From positions 39,817 through 91,833 of the forward strand of contig QWRJ01000001.1 in the NCBI GenBank assembly GCA_003670475.1: a stretch of DNA of 52,017 bases, read 5' to 3'. A program made the translations under genes and the position numbers. Shown here piece after piece: positions 21,006 to 29,793 of this stretch. The stretch comes from Candidatus Limnocylindrus sp. ZSMar2m-chloro-G89. GTDB lineage: Bacteria; Chloroflexota; Limnocylindria; Limnocylindrales; Limnocylindraceae. How positions within the stretch are numbered: the stretch's first letter is position 1; the number at the start of each line of letters is the position of its first letter. Under the pieces are notes generated by a model. That model saw only the letters and a list, made by a program, of their open reading frames with translations. It did no database searches and was not told where the DNA came from.

Positions 21006-21443
21006 ATGGCACTCAGCAAGCGCATAGCCGTCTCCGCAGGGGGACTCGTGATCCGCGCCGTGGGCGGGCAGGCAGAGATTGTTGTTGGGCGTCGGAAGCG
21101 CGAGCGCGACGGCTACGTCTGGTCGCTCCCAAAGGGGACGCCGGAAGAGGGGGAGACCCGCGAGGAGACAGCGCTCCGTGAAGTCCGCGAGGAGTCTGGT
21201 CTTGAGGTGCGCATCCTCTCGTACTTTGATGCGATCTCCTACTCCTTTGTCCGTACTGGCGAACGGATTGAGAAGACGGTGCACTACTACATCATGGAGG
21301 CGATCGGCGGCAGCTTTGAGCAGTACGACAAGGAGTTTGATGAGCTGCGCTGGGTGCGAATGGATGAAGCGGTTCGCCTGCTCGACTTCCAGACCGAGAG
21401 CGGACTCGTCCAGCGCGCCTACGACGCGCTCACGCGCGACTGA
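21006..21443 (+). CDS. NUDIX hydrolase
   Basis: Nudix box GTPEEGETREETALREVREESGL (GX5EX7REUXEEXGU). SD GAGGAG is upstream. Confidence 0.85.
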   Translation: MALSKRIAVSAGGLVIRAVGGQAEIVVGRRKRERDGYVWSLPKGTPEEGETREETALREVREESGLEVRILSYFDAISYSFVRTGERIEKTVHYYIMEAIGGSFEQYDKEFDELRWVRMDEAVRLLDFQTESGLVQRAYDALTRD

Positions 21444-22621
21444 TGCAGCGCACGGCGCTCTACGAAGAGCACCTGGCACTCGGCGCACGGATGGTCGACT
21501 TTGCCGGCTGGGAGATGCCCGTCCAGTACGCGGGTGTCATTGAAGAGCATCGCGCCGTCCGCACGGGTGCAGGGCTTTTCGATCTTGGCCACATGGGTGA
21601 GATCCGCGTCAGTGGCCCAAGTGCAGGGGCAGCACTCGACTACGCACTGATCTCTACCCCCTCTGCACTGCTCGTCGGGCGGGCGCAGTACAGCATGATC
21701 GTCAACGAGGCGGGCGGGATCCTCGACGATCTTGTGGTCTATCGCATCGCTGATGCAGAGTGGCTCGTTGTTGCCAACGCATCAAACAGAACGGTTGTGG
21801 CTGCGGCACTTCGTGAGCGCGTTGGCGGATCAGCAACTGTCGTAGATGAGAGTGACGACACCTCAATGATCGCCGTCCAAGGGGTGACGAGCGCCGAAGT
21901 ATTAGGGTCACTCCTCGTAGAAGAGGAGCGCTTGGCATTCCACGCCCTGCGGAACTACTCGGCCACCACCATGCATCTTGAAGTTGAGGGGGCGGCAATC
22001 ACCGCACTAATTGCGCGCACGGGATACACCGGCGAAGTTGGGTATGAGGCGTACGTTGAGAACGCCCACGCAGTTGCGCTTTGGCGCGCGCTGCTGGCTG
22101 CAGGTTCAGCGAACTCGCACGGCACCCCGTTCCAGCCGATCGGACTCGGCGCACGCGACACGCTCCGCCTGGAGGCGGGGATGCCGCTCTACGGGAACGA
22201 GTTACGCGAGAAACTGACACCGTTTGATGTTGGCTTTGGCAGGGTTGTGAAGCTTGATAAGCCAGACGGCTTCGTTGGTAGCGGCGCGCTCGCAGCGCGC
22301 TCGGCACGTGGGGAGCGTTTTGGGCGCACCCTTGTTGGCATGCGTGTGACCGGTCGCGGGATCGCACGACACGGCTACGAGGTGCGCCGACCGGGTGGCG
22401 CAACGCTCGGATTGATCACCTCTGGGACACACTCGCCGAGCCTTGGCTATCCGATCGCACTCGCCGATCTTGATGCGGAGGCGGCCCCATTTACGCTTGG
22501 TGAGCCACTTGAGGTGCTCATTCGTGGAGAGGGAGTGGCTGCCGAGGTGACTGGCGTACCATTTATCCCGAAGCGATCAACAGAGGGACGGGCGCAGGGT
22601 GCGCATCAGCAAGGGAGTTGA
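21443..22621 (+). CDS. gcvT: glycine cleavage system aminomethyltransferase (T protein)
   Basis: [36 protein letters not shown]-terminus typical of GcvT. TGATG overlap with the NUDIX gene. Confidence 0.93.
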   Translation: MQRTALYEEHLALGARMVDFAGWEMPVQYAGVIEEHRAVRTGAGLFDLGHMGEIRVSGPSAGAALDYALISTPSALLVGRAQYSMIVNEAGGILDDLVVYRIADAEWLVVANASNRTVVAAALRERVGGSATVVDESDDTSMIAVQGVTSAEVLGSLLVEEERLAFHALRNYSATTMHLEVEGAAITALIARTGYTGEVGYEAYVENAHAVALWRALLAAGSANSHGTPFQPIGLGARDTLRLEAGMPLYGNELREKLTPFDVGFGRVVKLDKPDGFVGSGALAARSARGERFGRTLVGMRVTGRGIARHGYEVRRPGGATLGLITSGTHSPSLGYPIALADLDAEAAPFTLGEPLEVLIRGEGVAAEVTGVPFIPKRSTEGRAQGAHQQGS

Positions 22622-22623
22622 AC

Positions 22624-23001
22624 ATGACGTCGCCAGTAGAACTTCGCTACTCAAAGGAGCATGAATGGGTTCGAGTGAGCGGTGACCGTGCGGTCATAGG
22701 GATCACGGCGCATGCGGCGGGCGAGCTTGGCGATGTCGTCTTCGTGGACCTTCCAGCGGTCGGCGCAACCCTCAAACAGTTCGCGGTCTTCGGTGCAATC
22801 GAATCGGTGAAGGCGGTGAGCGATCTCTTCAGTCCGATCTCTGGCAGCGTGGTGGCGCGCAACCAGCAACTTGCGAGCGCTCCGGAGACCGTCAATGCGG
22901 ATCCGTACGGCGAGGGCTGGCTTCTTGAGGTTGCGCTCAGCAACACAGAGGAGCTTGCGGCACTTCTTGATGCCGCCGGATACGACCAGCTGACCGCATG
23001 A
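22624..23001 (+). CDS. gcvH: glycine cleavage system H protein
   Basis: YSKEHEWV..., lipoyl-lysine motif ESVKAVSD. ATG 22624 is preferred (AAGGGAG 6 nt upstream) over the TTG 22618 used by the track. Confidence 0.92.
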   Translation: MTSPVELRYSKEHEWVRVSGDRAVIGITAHAAGELGDVVFVDLPAVGATLKQFAVFGAIESVKAVSDLFSPISGSVVARNQQLASAPETVNADPYGEGWLLEVALSNTEELAALLDAAGYDQLTA

Positions 23002-24923
23002 GCCGCGCGCTGCTCCTCCGTTTCACTGCGGCGCTTCTCCTTGTCGCATCAAGCGCCGGCTGCTCGGTGCTCAGCGCAGGGACCCTCCGTGTTGCGGTGG
23101 TTGATGAGCCGCTTAACCTCAGCGCGGCATACCTTGATGAGTCGTCTGCGCTAGTTGGGGGCCTCGTTCAGGCTGGCCTCTACCGTCCCGATGCTGCGTT
23201 TCGCCCACAGCCCGTCTTGGCGGATGGTGAGCCTGAAATCTCTGCGGGCGGGACCACTTGGAGTGTCAAGCTGAAGACAGGGCTCACCTTCCATGACGGC
23301 TCACTTCTCACCTCCGATGATGTTGCGTTCACCTATGAACTGGCGAAGAGTGGGCAGTGCCCTCTTGCCGCCGACATCTGTGACCTCGTTCGGACGCGAC
23401 TTGAATCGGTTGAGGCTGATGGTGGACAGCGTGTCACCTTCCGTCTGATCGGCAGCTGGGCACCGTGGGGTACGCGTGGGCTCACCATTCCGATCCTGCC
23501 AAAGGCTGCGCTGGAGCGGTCACTCGATCGATTCCGCGACAGCGTCAAGGAGGCGGATCGGAGCCTCATCACGTTGGCGCGAGAGAACCTTGTCGCAGAG
23601 CTTGACGCCACCTCCTGCGGCGTCGTTGGGACGAGTCCCTGTGAATATGCGCCGCTGATTCCCCAGCTTGAGCGCACGTTGAGCCAGGCGGGCCTCTCGC
23701 TTCCAGATCCGCGCATCTTCCCCGCGGCCAGCGGAGGCGCTCAGGGGGGTGCAGCACGTAATGATGAGGCGTATGCGAAGGATCTGTTCGGTCGCCTGAC
23801 GCGACTAGAGTCCTACCTCCTTGCGCCCGCTGAGAGTCAACTTGAGATTGCCTATCCGCTGCTTGATGCACAACTGATCCCGGTTGGTGCTGGTCCGTAT
23901 AAGTTTGCGGAGCGAACACCAGGGGAGCGCCTCTCTCTTGAGAGCTTTAGTGGATTCGCTCTGGGAGCGCCGGCAATGAAGCGCGTCGTGGTCACGAGGT
24001 ATGCGACCCAAGCCGGCGCGATCAGCGCCTTCCAGTCCTCGCAAATTGATTGGATCCCGAATCTGAGCGCGGCGAGCGTTGCGGGCCTGCAGGTGCGCAG
24101 CGACGCGAAGATGCTGAAGGCCCCTTCATCTCGTGGGTACCTCTTCCTTGCATTCAACATGCGACCGGGGCGACCGTTCGCCGATGTGATCGTGCGCACT
24201 GCGTTGAGCACGTGTGTGGACCTCCCCACGATTATCAGCGAGGCGGCGGGAGATAGCGGGATCCCAATCAGCAGCACCGTTGCGCCGAACTCATGGGCAG
24301 TGCAATCGCCAGCACCTCCTGAGGCGGTTCGCAATACTGCGGGAGCTCGCGCCTCCCTGCTTGCAGACGGGTGGACCGAGGAGAGCGATGGAGTCTTCGC
24401 CAGGCTCGGGAGTCGACTTGAGGCAACGATCGTTGTGCGCGATGGGCAGAGCGCACGGACCAGTGCAGCACAGCTGATTGCGGACCAGGCGGCTGAGTGT
24501 GGCTTCTCCTTGACGGTCTCCGCAGAGGCCTATACGAGTGAGATTCTTCCAAGGCTGCGCTACCCGAACGATTTTGATGCATATATCGGTAGCTGGCAGT
24601 GGAGCCTTGACCCTGACGACACTGATCTCTTCAGCTCTGCAGCCTGCCCAACCGAGGAGTCGCCAGCGGGGAAGAACTTCGCCTGCTGGCAGAGCGGAAG
24701 CGCAGATAGTCTCTTGCGCCAAGGGCTGGGCTCTGCAAGTGAGAGTGTGCGCGCTTCTCTCTACGCTGAGTTCCAAGCGCTTCGGCGCAGTGAGCGACCA
24801 TATCTGCTCCTCTGGGCTGACGCTGGCTATACGTTGCTCTCCAGTGGCATCAGCTGGCCAACAGCAGAGAGTGACGTGAACAGTCCGCTCTACGCATGGT
24901 CGATTGAATCCTGGAGCAACTGA
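22998..24923 (+). CDS. ABC-transporter substrate-binding lipoprotein, family 5 (peptide/nickel type)
   Basis: Lipoprotein signal with lipobox LVASSAG-C. Family-5 SBP pattern (W.VKLKTGLTFHDGSLLTSDDVAFTYE). ATGA overlap with gcvH. No permease or ATPase genes are adjacent. Confidence 0.8.
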   Translation: MSRALLLRFTAALLLVASSAGCSVLSAGTLRVAVVDEPLNLSAAYLDESSALVGGLVQAGLYRPDAAFRPQPVLADGEPEISAGGTTWSVKLKTGLTFHDGSLLTSDDVAFTYELAKSGQCPLAADICDLVRTRLESVEADGGQRVTFRLIGSWAPWGTRGLTIPILPKAALERSLDRFRDSVKEADRSLITLARENLVAELDATSCGVVGTSPCEYAPLIPQLERTLSQAGLSLPDPRIFPAASGGAQGGAARNDEAYAKDLFGRLTRLESYLLAPAESQLEIAYPLLDAQLIPVGAGPYKFAERTPGERLSLESFSGFALGAPAMKRVVVTRYATQAGAISAFQSSQIDWIPNLSAASVAGLQVRSDAKMLKAPSSRGYLFLAFNMRPGRPFADVIVRTALSTCVDLPTIISEAAGDSGIPISSTVAPNSWAVQSPAPPEAVRNTAGARASLLADGWTEESDGVFARLGSRLEATIVVRDGQSARTSAAQLIADQAAECGFSLTVSAEAYTSEILPRLRYPNDFDAYIGSWQWSLDPDDTDLFSSAACPTEESPAGKNFACWQSGSADSLLRQGLGSASESVRASLYAEFQALRRSERPYLLLWADAGYTLLSSGISWPTAESDVNSPLYAWSIESWSN

Positions 24924-24959
24924 TATTATCGTTGTATTGAAGTGCATAAGGAGGCTCAA

Positions 24960-25772
24960 ATGAGTGGTGCTGGCGCAGTACAGATCCCAAGCGAGCTGGG
25001 CATTGACCTCGAGGTAGTGCGAGACGTCTGCCGCACCTTCATCCAGGAGCAGTTCAAGAAGATCGGCGCGAGGAACGCAATCCTTGGACTCTCGGGAGGC
25101 ATTGATTCGGCACTTGTGGGCTTCCTGACGGCGGATGCGCTCGGCGCGGACCGACTTCGCACCTATATCCTGCCGTACCGAACCTCTGCGCCAACATCTC
25201 GTACCGATGCGCTCGCGGTCGCCGCAGCCCTCGGCTGCAGCGTTGAAGAGATTGAGATCAGCCCGGCGCTCGATGCCGTTGAGGCGGCTCTACCAGCTGG
25301 CGCTGAGTTCAGCCCAATTCGTCGCGGCAACATCGCCGCCCGCCTCCGCATGATCACCCTATACGACCAGTCTGCACGCTACGACGGTCTGGTGATGGGG
25401 ACGGGGAATAAGACAGAGGCGATGATCGGGTACACCACGCTTCATGGTGATGCTGCGTGCGCCATAAATCCGATTGGCGACCTCTACAAGAGCCAGGTCC
25501 GTGCGCTTGCTGCGCACCTTGGCGTTCCAGGGGCGATCCTCACCAAAGCTCCGAGCGCCGATCTCTGGCCAGGGCAGACCGACGAAGGGGAGGGGGGCTT
25601 TGATTATCCAACGCTTGATCGCATCCTCCTCCGCCTCGTTGACCAGAAGAAGAGTGCCGCTGCAGTTGTTGCTGACGGCTTTGACGCTGAGCTTGTGGCA
25701 AAGGTGCAGGGGATGATGGCGCGCTCGCAGTTTAAGCGCGAGATGCCACCCTTCCCAAAGATCTCCGCGTAG
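24960..25772 (+). CDS. nadE: NH3-dependent NAD+ synthetase
   Basis: PP-loop GLSGGIDSALV, GTGNKTE and DLYKSQV. ATG 24960 with AAGGAGG 6 nt upstream is preferred over GTG 24942. Confidence 0.9.
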   Translation: MSGAGAVQIPSELGIDLEVVRDVCRTFIQEQFKKIGARNAILGLSGGIDSALVGFLTADALGADRLRTYILPYRTSAPTSRTDALAVAAALGCSVEEIEISPALDAVEAALPAGAEFSPIRRGNIAARLRMITLYDQSARYDGLVMGTGNKTEAMIGYTTLHGDAACAINPIGDLYKSQVRALAAHLGVPGAILTKAPSADLWPGQTDEGEGGFDYPTLDRILLRLVDQKKSAAAVVADGFDAELVAKVQGMMARSQFKREMPPFPKISA

Positions 25773-25803
25773 CGCCGCCACACGCGACCGAATCAAGGCA
25801 GAG

Positions 25804-26715
25804 ATGAGTGACCCGCGCGGGGGTGGTGCAACGCCTGGCGCGCTGCACATCGTTGCAACACCGATCGGAAATCTCGCCGACCTCTCTCCTCGTGCTATCG
25901 CGGTGTTGCGAGAGGTGCGCGCCATCATCGCGGAAGACTCGCGTGTAGCACGCGTGCTCCTTTCATCGATTGACGTAACGAGCGAGCTGATCTCGCTCCC
26001 TGGATTTGATGAGGCTGAGCGAACTCTGCCGCTCATTGAACGCCTGAAGCGAGGAGATGCGCTTGCGCTGATCAGTGATGCCGGCACTCCACTCGTTAGC
26101 GATCCTGGTCAACACCTTGTGCGCGCAGCGATCGCCGCTGGCATTCAGGTCATTCCGATCCCTGGTGCCTCCGCCGTTCTCGCCGCCCTTGTCGCCTCAG
26201 GCGTTGCTGGTGCGCGATGGAGCTTTGAAGGTTTCCTTCCGCGCGGCGGGACTGATCGTCGCCGTGTGATCGGCGCAATCGCTGCCGATGAACGAGCGAC
26301 CGTGATCTACGAAGCTGGTGGCCGCGTCCTTGAGACGCTGCGTGACCTTGCCAGCGCATGTGGTGGCACTCGAAGCGTTGCGCTCTGTCGCGAGCTGACC
26401 AAACTGCATGAAGAGGTGCGACGCGGAAGCCTAGAAGAGGCTGCGTTAGCCGTTGAACGCGGCGAAGTTGACGGTCGTGGGGAGTTTGTCATTGTGCTTG
26501 GAGAGACGAGTGACGTCGCTGCGTCGGCAGATGCAGGCGGCGCATACCCCGCTGCGCTTGTGGCGGTAGAGGAGCGTGTTGCCGCGGGTGCATCACGTAG
26601 TGATGCGATACGAAGCATTTCAGCAGAGTGGGGGCTCGAGCGCCGCCGCCTCTGGGCTGCAGCACACGGCGACGCGACCGAGGGCGGCGATCCGCTCGGT
26701 CGCGCCGACGACTAG
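25804..26715 (+). CDS. rsmI: 16S rRNA (cytidine1402-2'-O)-methyltransferase RsmI
   Basis: LHIVATPIGNLADLSPRA...IIAEDSRV..LL N-terminal signature of the tetrapyrrole-methylase-fold RsmI. Confidence 0.9.
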   Translation: MSDPRGGGATPGALHIVATPIGNLADLSPRAIAVLREVRAIIAEDSRVARVLLSSIDVTSELISLPGFDEAERTLPLIERLKRGDALALISDAGTPLVSDPGQHLVRAAIAAGIQVIPIPGASAVLAALVASGVAGARWSFEGFLPRGGTDRRRVIGAIAADERATVIYEAGGRVLETLRDLASACGGTRSVALCRELTKLHEEVRRGSLEEAALAVERGEVDGRGEFVIVLGETSDVAASADAGGAYPAALVAVEERVAAGASRSDAIRSISAEWGLERRRLWAAAHGDATEGGDPLGRADD

Positions 26716-27107
26716 GAGCGCACTGGCGCGATCTCCTCGCCGTACTCTGCCTCTCCAAGGTCCGTTGGCTCCGCACCATCTGCGACTGGATCCGCGCTCT
26801 GTGGCTTCGGGCCGAGGAACTCGAGCCTGTTGACAATGACCTCCGTCATCCAGCGTCGTGAGCCTTCGCTCTCCCATTCATGTGTCTTCAGTCGACCGTC
26901 TATGGAGACGAGCGAGCCCGCCTGTAGGTGGGCCGCCGCAATCTCAGCGAGCTTCTCCCAGAAGACGAGGCGGTGAAACTCAGTGCGCTCCTCTCCGCCC
27001 CGGAAGTCGTGGCTGGCCAGACTCCCCACCGCAACCTTCGTTCCAGACGGGAGTGACTTGATCTCGACCGGCTTGGTCATCCGACCCGCCAGCATCACCT
27101 TGTTCAT
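26712..27107 (-). CDS. ssb: single-stranded DNA-binding protein (short form, atypical C-terminus)
   Basis: OB-fold pattern MNKVMLAGRMTKPVE...TEFHRLVFWEKLAE...GSLVSIDGRLKTHEWE. SD GAGGAG is upstream. The stop codon overlaps the rsmI stop (CTAG). Confidence 0.85.
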   Translation of the reverse strand: MNKVMLAGRMTKPVEIKSLPSGTKVAVGSLASHDFRGGEERTEFHRLVFWEKLAEIAAAHLQAGSLVSIDGRLKTHEWESEGSRRWMTEVIVNRLEFLGPKPQSADPVADGAEPTDLGEAEYGEEIAPVRS

Positions 27108-27226
27108 GTGAGCTCCTCTCCCGGCACCGCCCCCAAGGTCCCTCCCTGGGCTTCAGCCGTGCCGTGTCAAGCGAGGGTGCCCCTCTCCGCGTACGGCGGG
27201 CGTATCGTGTGCGACACTCCAACGCG

Positions 27227-28855
27227 ATGCGGTACTACCTGACAACGGCCATCGCCTACGCCAACAACAAGCCTGGCCTGCACACGCTCTATGAGGTGAT
27301 CGGGGCGGATGTGATCGCGCGCTGGCGTCGCATGGGGGGCGACGAGGTGCGCTTCCTCACTGGCACCGATGAGTACTCGGTCAATATCGCCGCGCGTGCA
27401 GAAGAGGAGGGGCTCACCCCGAAGGCGTTCGTCGACAAGAACGTCGCCCTCTTCCAAGAGAGCGAAGCGCTCCTTCTGATCACCCCAGATCGATTCATTC
27501 GCACCACCGATGCCGACCACACGCTCGCAGCTCAGGAGATGGTGCGCCGCTCATTCGCCGCTGGCGACATCTATCTCGGCACGTATGAGGGCTGGTACTG
27601 CCCCAACGAAGGATTCCGCGCTGAAGGCGACGTGGTGAAAGAGGGGGGCGAGAGCGTCTGCCCGAATCATCCCGGCGTGCCGCTGCAGTGGCTCAAGGAG
27701 CGCAACTGGTTCTTCCGACTGAGCGCCTACCAGGAGCGACTTGAGGCCTGGCTGACGCAAGATCTGTCGCCTGTGCAGCCTGAATACCGCCGCAACGAGA
27801 TGCTCGGATTTATTCGGCAGGGTCTCGAAGACTTTTCCATCAGTCGTGAGGGTGCAACCTGGGGGATCCCGTTCCCGATTCGCGAGGACGGGAGCAGTGC
27901 GCTTCACGCGGATGGAAGCGGCGATCCAGCCGCTGGAACGATCTATGTCTGGTACGACGCGCTCATCAACTATCTCACTGGCGCCGGCTTCCCAGCGGAT
28001 CCGAAGGGTGCGCCATGGTGGCCAGCGGATCTGCACATCATCGGTAAGGACATCAATCGATTTCACTCGGTCTTCTGGCCAGCGATGCTCTGGAGCGCGG
28101 GCCTTGAGGCGCCGAAGCGCATCTGGGTGCACGGCTGGCTCCTCTCTAGCGGTGAGCGGATGAGTAAGAGCCGCGGCAACTTCCTTGATCCGAATAGCGC
28201 CGTTACAGCGCTCGGCGCCGATGGTGCGCGCTTCGTTGCGCTGCGCGAGGTTCCATTTGACGGCGATGGCGAGGTGAGCTGGGACTCGATCATTCGTCGC
28301 TATAACTCCGAGCTCGCGAATGACTTTGGCAACCTTGTGAATCGTGCAACGACAATGGCGAGTCGCGCGTTCGGTGCAGAGGCCCCAGCACCGCGTGCGG
28401 CGGCAGCGGCGCCGCTTGCGGCTGAGTGGGAGTCGGCGCGAAAAAAGAGCGAGGCGGCGATGGAGGGGCTCGCGCTCCACCATTGGATCGGCGCCCTCTG
28501 GGAGTTTGTGGGTGCGGCGAACCGATTCGTTGATACGGAGAAGCCGTGGGAGTTGGCGAAGGCGGCGAAGGGTGGAGATACTGCGGCGCGCGAGCAACTT
28601 GCTGGCGTCCTTGGCGACCTTCTGGAGGCTTGTCGACTCGTTGCGCTCTATGCGGCGCCCGTAATTCCTGAGACGGCGGAGAAGATCTGGACGCTTCTCG
28701 GTCACCCGTGGCCGTATGACGCCACTGGTCACGGGGGTCAGACGCGCGCGGCACTCGGAGGGTGGGGGAGCGTTGCAGCCACAGGGGCACTCGGCGAGCC
28801 GGTTCCACTCTTCCCGCGACTTGAGACAGATGAGCAGCCAACCTCCGCTGACTGA
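27227..28855 (+). CDS. metG: methionine--tRNA ligase (short form, no C-terminal tRNA-binding domain)
   Basis: Colinear with bacterial MetRS: YVWYDALINY, HIIGKDINRFHSVFWPAML and a KMSKS loop (RMSKS). The start is set at ATG 27227 (MRYYLTTAIAYAN, the usual MetRS N-terminus). The HIGH signature is non-canonical (see findings). Confidence 0.88.
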   Translation: MRYYLTTAIAYANNKPGLHTLYEVIGADVIARWRRMGGDEVRFLTGTDEYSVNIAARAEEEGLTPKAFVDKNVALFQESEALLLITPDRFIRTTDADHTLAAQEMVRRSFAAGDIYLGTYEGWYCPNEGFRAEGDVVKEGGESVCPNHPGVPLQWLKERNWFFRLSAYQERLEAWLTQDLSPVQPEYRRNEMLGFIRQGLEDFSISREGATWGIPFPIREDGSSALHADGSGDPAAGTIYVWYDALINYLTGAGFPADPKGAPWWPADLHIIGKDINRFHSVFWPAMLWSAGLEAPKRIWVHGWLLSSGERMSKSRGNFLDPNSAVTALGADGARFVALREVPFDGDGEVSWDSIIRRYNSELANDFGNLVNRATTMASRAFGAEAPAPRAAAAAPLAAEWESARKKSEAAMEGLALHHWIGALWEFVGAANRFVDTEKPWELAKAAKGGDTAAREQLAGVLGDLLEACRLVALYAAPVIPETAEKIWTLLGHPWPYDATGHGGQTRAALGGWGSVAATGALGEPVPLFPRLETDEQPTSAD

Positions 28856-29675
28856 CGCGCACGGCCACCTGCAGGCCGATCGCTTTGATGCCGATCGCGA
28901 CAAAGTAATCGCGCGCCTGCGTGCCGCCGGCATGACGCGCCTCCTCATCCCGTCATGGAGCGTTGCGAGTTCGCAGGGTGCGGTGGAGATCGCGCGTGAG
29001 CACGACTGGATGGATGCGGCGATCGGGATCCATCCGCATCACGCCACAGACGAGGCGAGTCAGCGGGCCGCGCTTTTGGCGCGTGCCGCTGAGCCCGAGA
29101 TCGTGGCGATCGGAGAGACGGGGATTGATACAAAACGCAATTACGCGCCGCTCGGAGATCAGATCGCAAACCTTGAGGCGCACATTGAGGTTGCTGTGCA
29201 GCTTGGGAAGCCGCTGATCCTCCACTGTCGCTCCGCGGGGGACGGTGACGATGCCCAACGCCAGCTGATCAAGACACTCAAGGAGTCGCCGATCGGCGCT
29301 CCTGGCGGTGCCGCCGCGTTTGGTGGGAGTGCGCCGTTCATCTTGCACAGCGCGTCGGGGAGCCAGGGCTACATTGAGGATGGGCTCGCACTCGGCGGGC
29401 TCATCTCCATCTCTGGACTCGTCTTCCGCCCAGAGGAGCGCGCCACGGCGGAGTGGATTCGAGCGGTTCCGGCCGACCGGCTGCTGACGGAGACGGATGC
29501 GCCGTGGCTGACGATGCCTGGAGCCCCCGATCCAAGTCGCAATGAGCCGGCGAATGTCGTCCTCACGTTGGCCTGGATCGCTGAGCGTCGTGGCGAAGCG
29601 GTGGACGATCTCGCGGCGGCGATCAGCGCCACCTACGACCGTGCCTTTCCTCGTCACCGGCCACGCTCAGACTGA
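28830..29675 (+). CDS. tatD: TatD-family metal-dependent hydrolase/DNase
   Basis: DAHGHL, IGETGID, HCR, HSASG and ETDAPW metal-ligand motifs. The start is set at ATG 28830, overlapping the metG 3' end by 26 nt. Confidence 0.88.
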   Translation: MSSQPPLTDAHGHLQADRFDADRDKVIARLRAAGMTRLLIPSWSVASSQGAVEIAREHDWMDAAIGIHPHHATDEASQRAALLARAAEPEIVAIGETGIDTKRNYAPLGDQIANLEAHIEVAVQLGKPLILHCRSAGDGDDAQRQLIKTLKESPIGAPGGAAAFGGSAPFILHSASGSQGYIEDGLALGGLISISGLVFRPEERATAEWIRAVPADRLLTETDAPWLTMPGAPDPSRNEPANVVLTLAWIAERRGEAVDDLAAAISATYDRAFPRHRPRSD

Positions 29676-29681
29676 GCGTGG
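29661..29681. repeat. perfect 21-bp palindrome CCACGCTCAGaCTGAGCGTGG spanning the tatD stop codon
   Basis: The two 10-nt arms are exact reverse complements around a single central base. As RNA it can form a 9-bp stem with a 3-nt loop. It lies 2 bp upstream of CIRCE. Confidence 0.6.
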
Positions 29682-29683
29682 TG

Positions 29684-29710
29684 TTGGCACTCGGCAGGGG
29701 AGAGTGCTAA
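29684..29710 (+). promoter_or_regulatory. CIRCE operator (HrcA binding site) of groESL
   Basis: TTGGCACTC-N9-GAGTGCTAA versus consensus TTAGCACTC-N9-GAGTGCTAA (1 mismatch), 84 nt upstream of groES. Confidence 0.85.
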
Positions 29711-29793
29711 CATCGCAGCAAGCGCACGAGCAGTGCGCGCTGTGAGCATCGCAGCGGGCGAGCGCCAAGCTGCCTAGCAGGAGGTCAAACACC

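Noticed and set aside
27108-27226. Possible T-box or other leader upstream of metG
   Set aside because: Only 119 nt are available. There is no T-box sequence or specifier-loop architecture and no terminator/antiterminator pair, so it is too short for a T-box.
27551-28948. 465-aa minus-strand ORF
   Set aside because: It is entirely antisense to metG and the tatD 5' end, both of which have strong motif support. The composition is Arg-rich and low complexity, so it is a high-GC artefact. The same reasoning applies to 5239-6060(-), 20011-20760(+), 25359-26087(-), 49148-49909(-) and the many other overlapping track ORFs.
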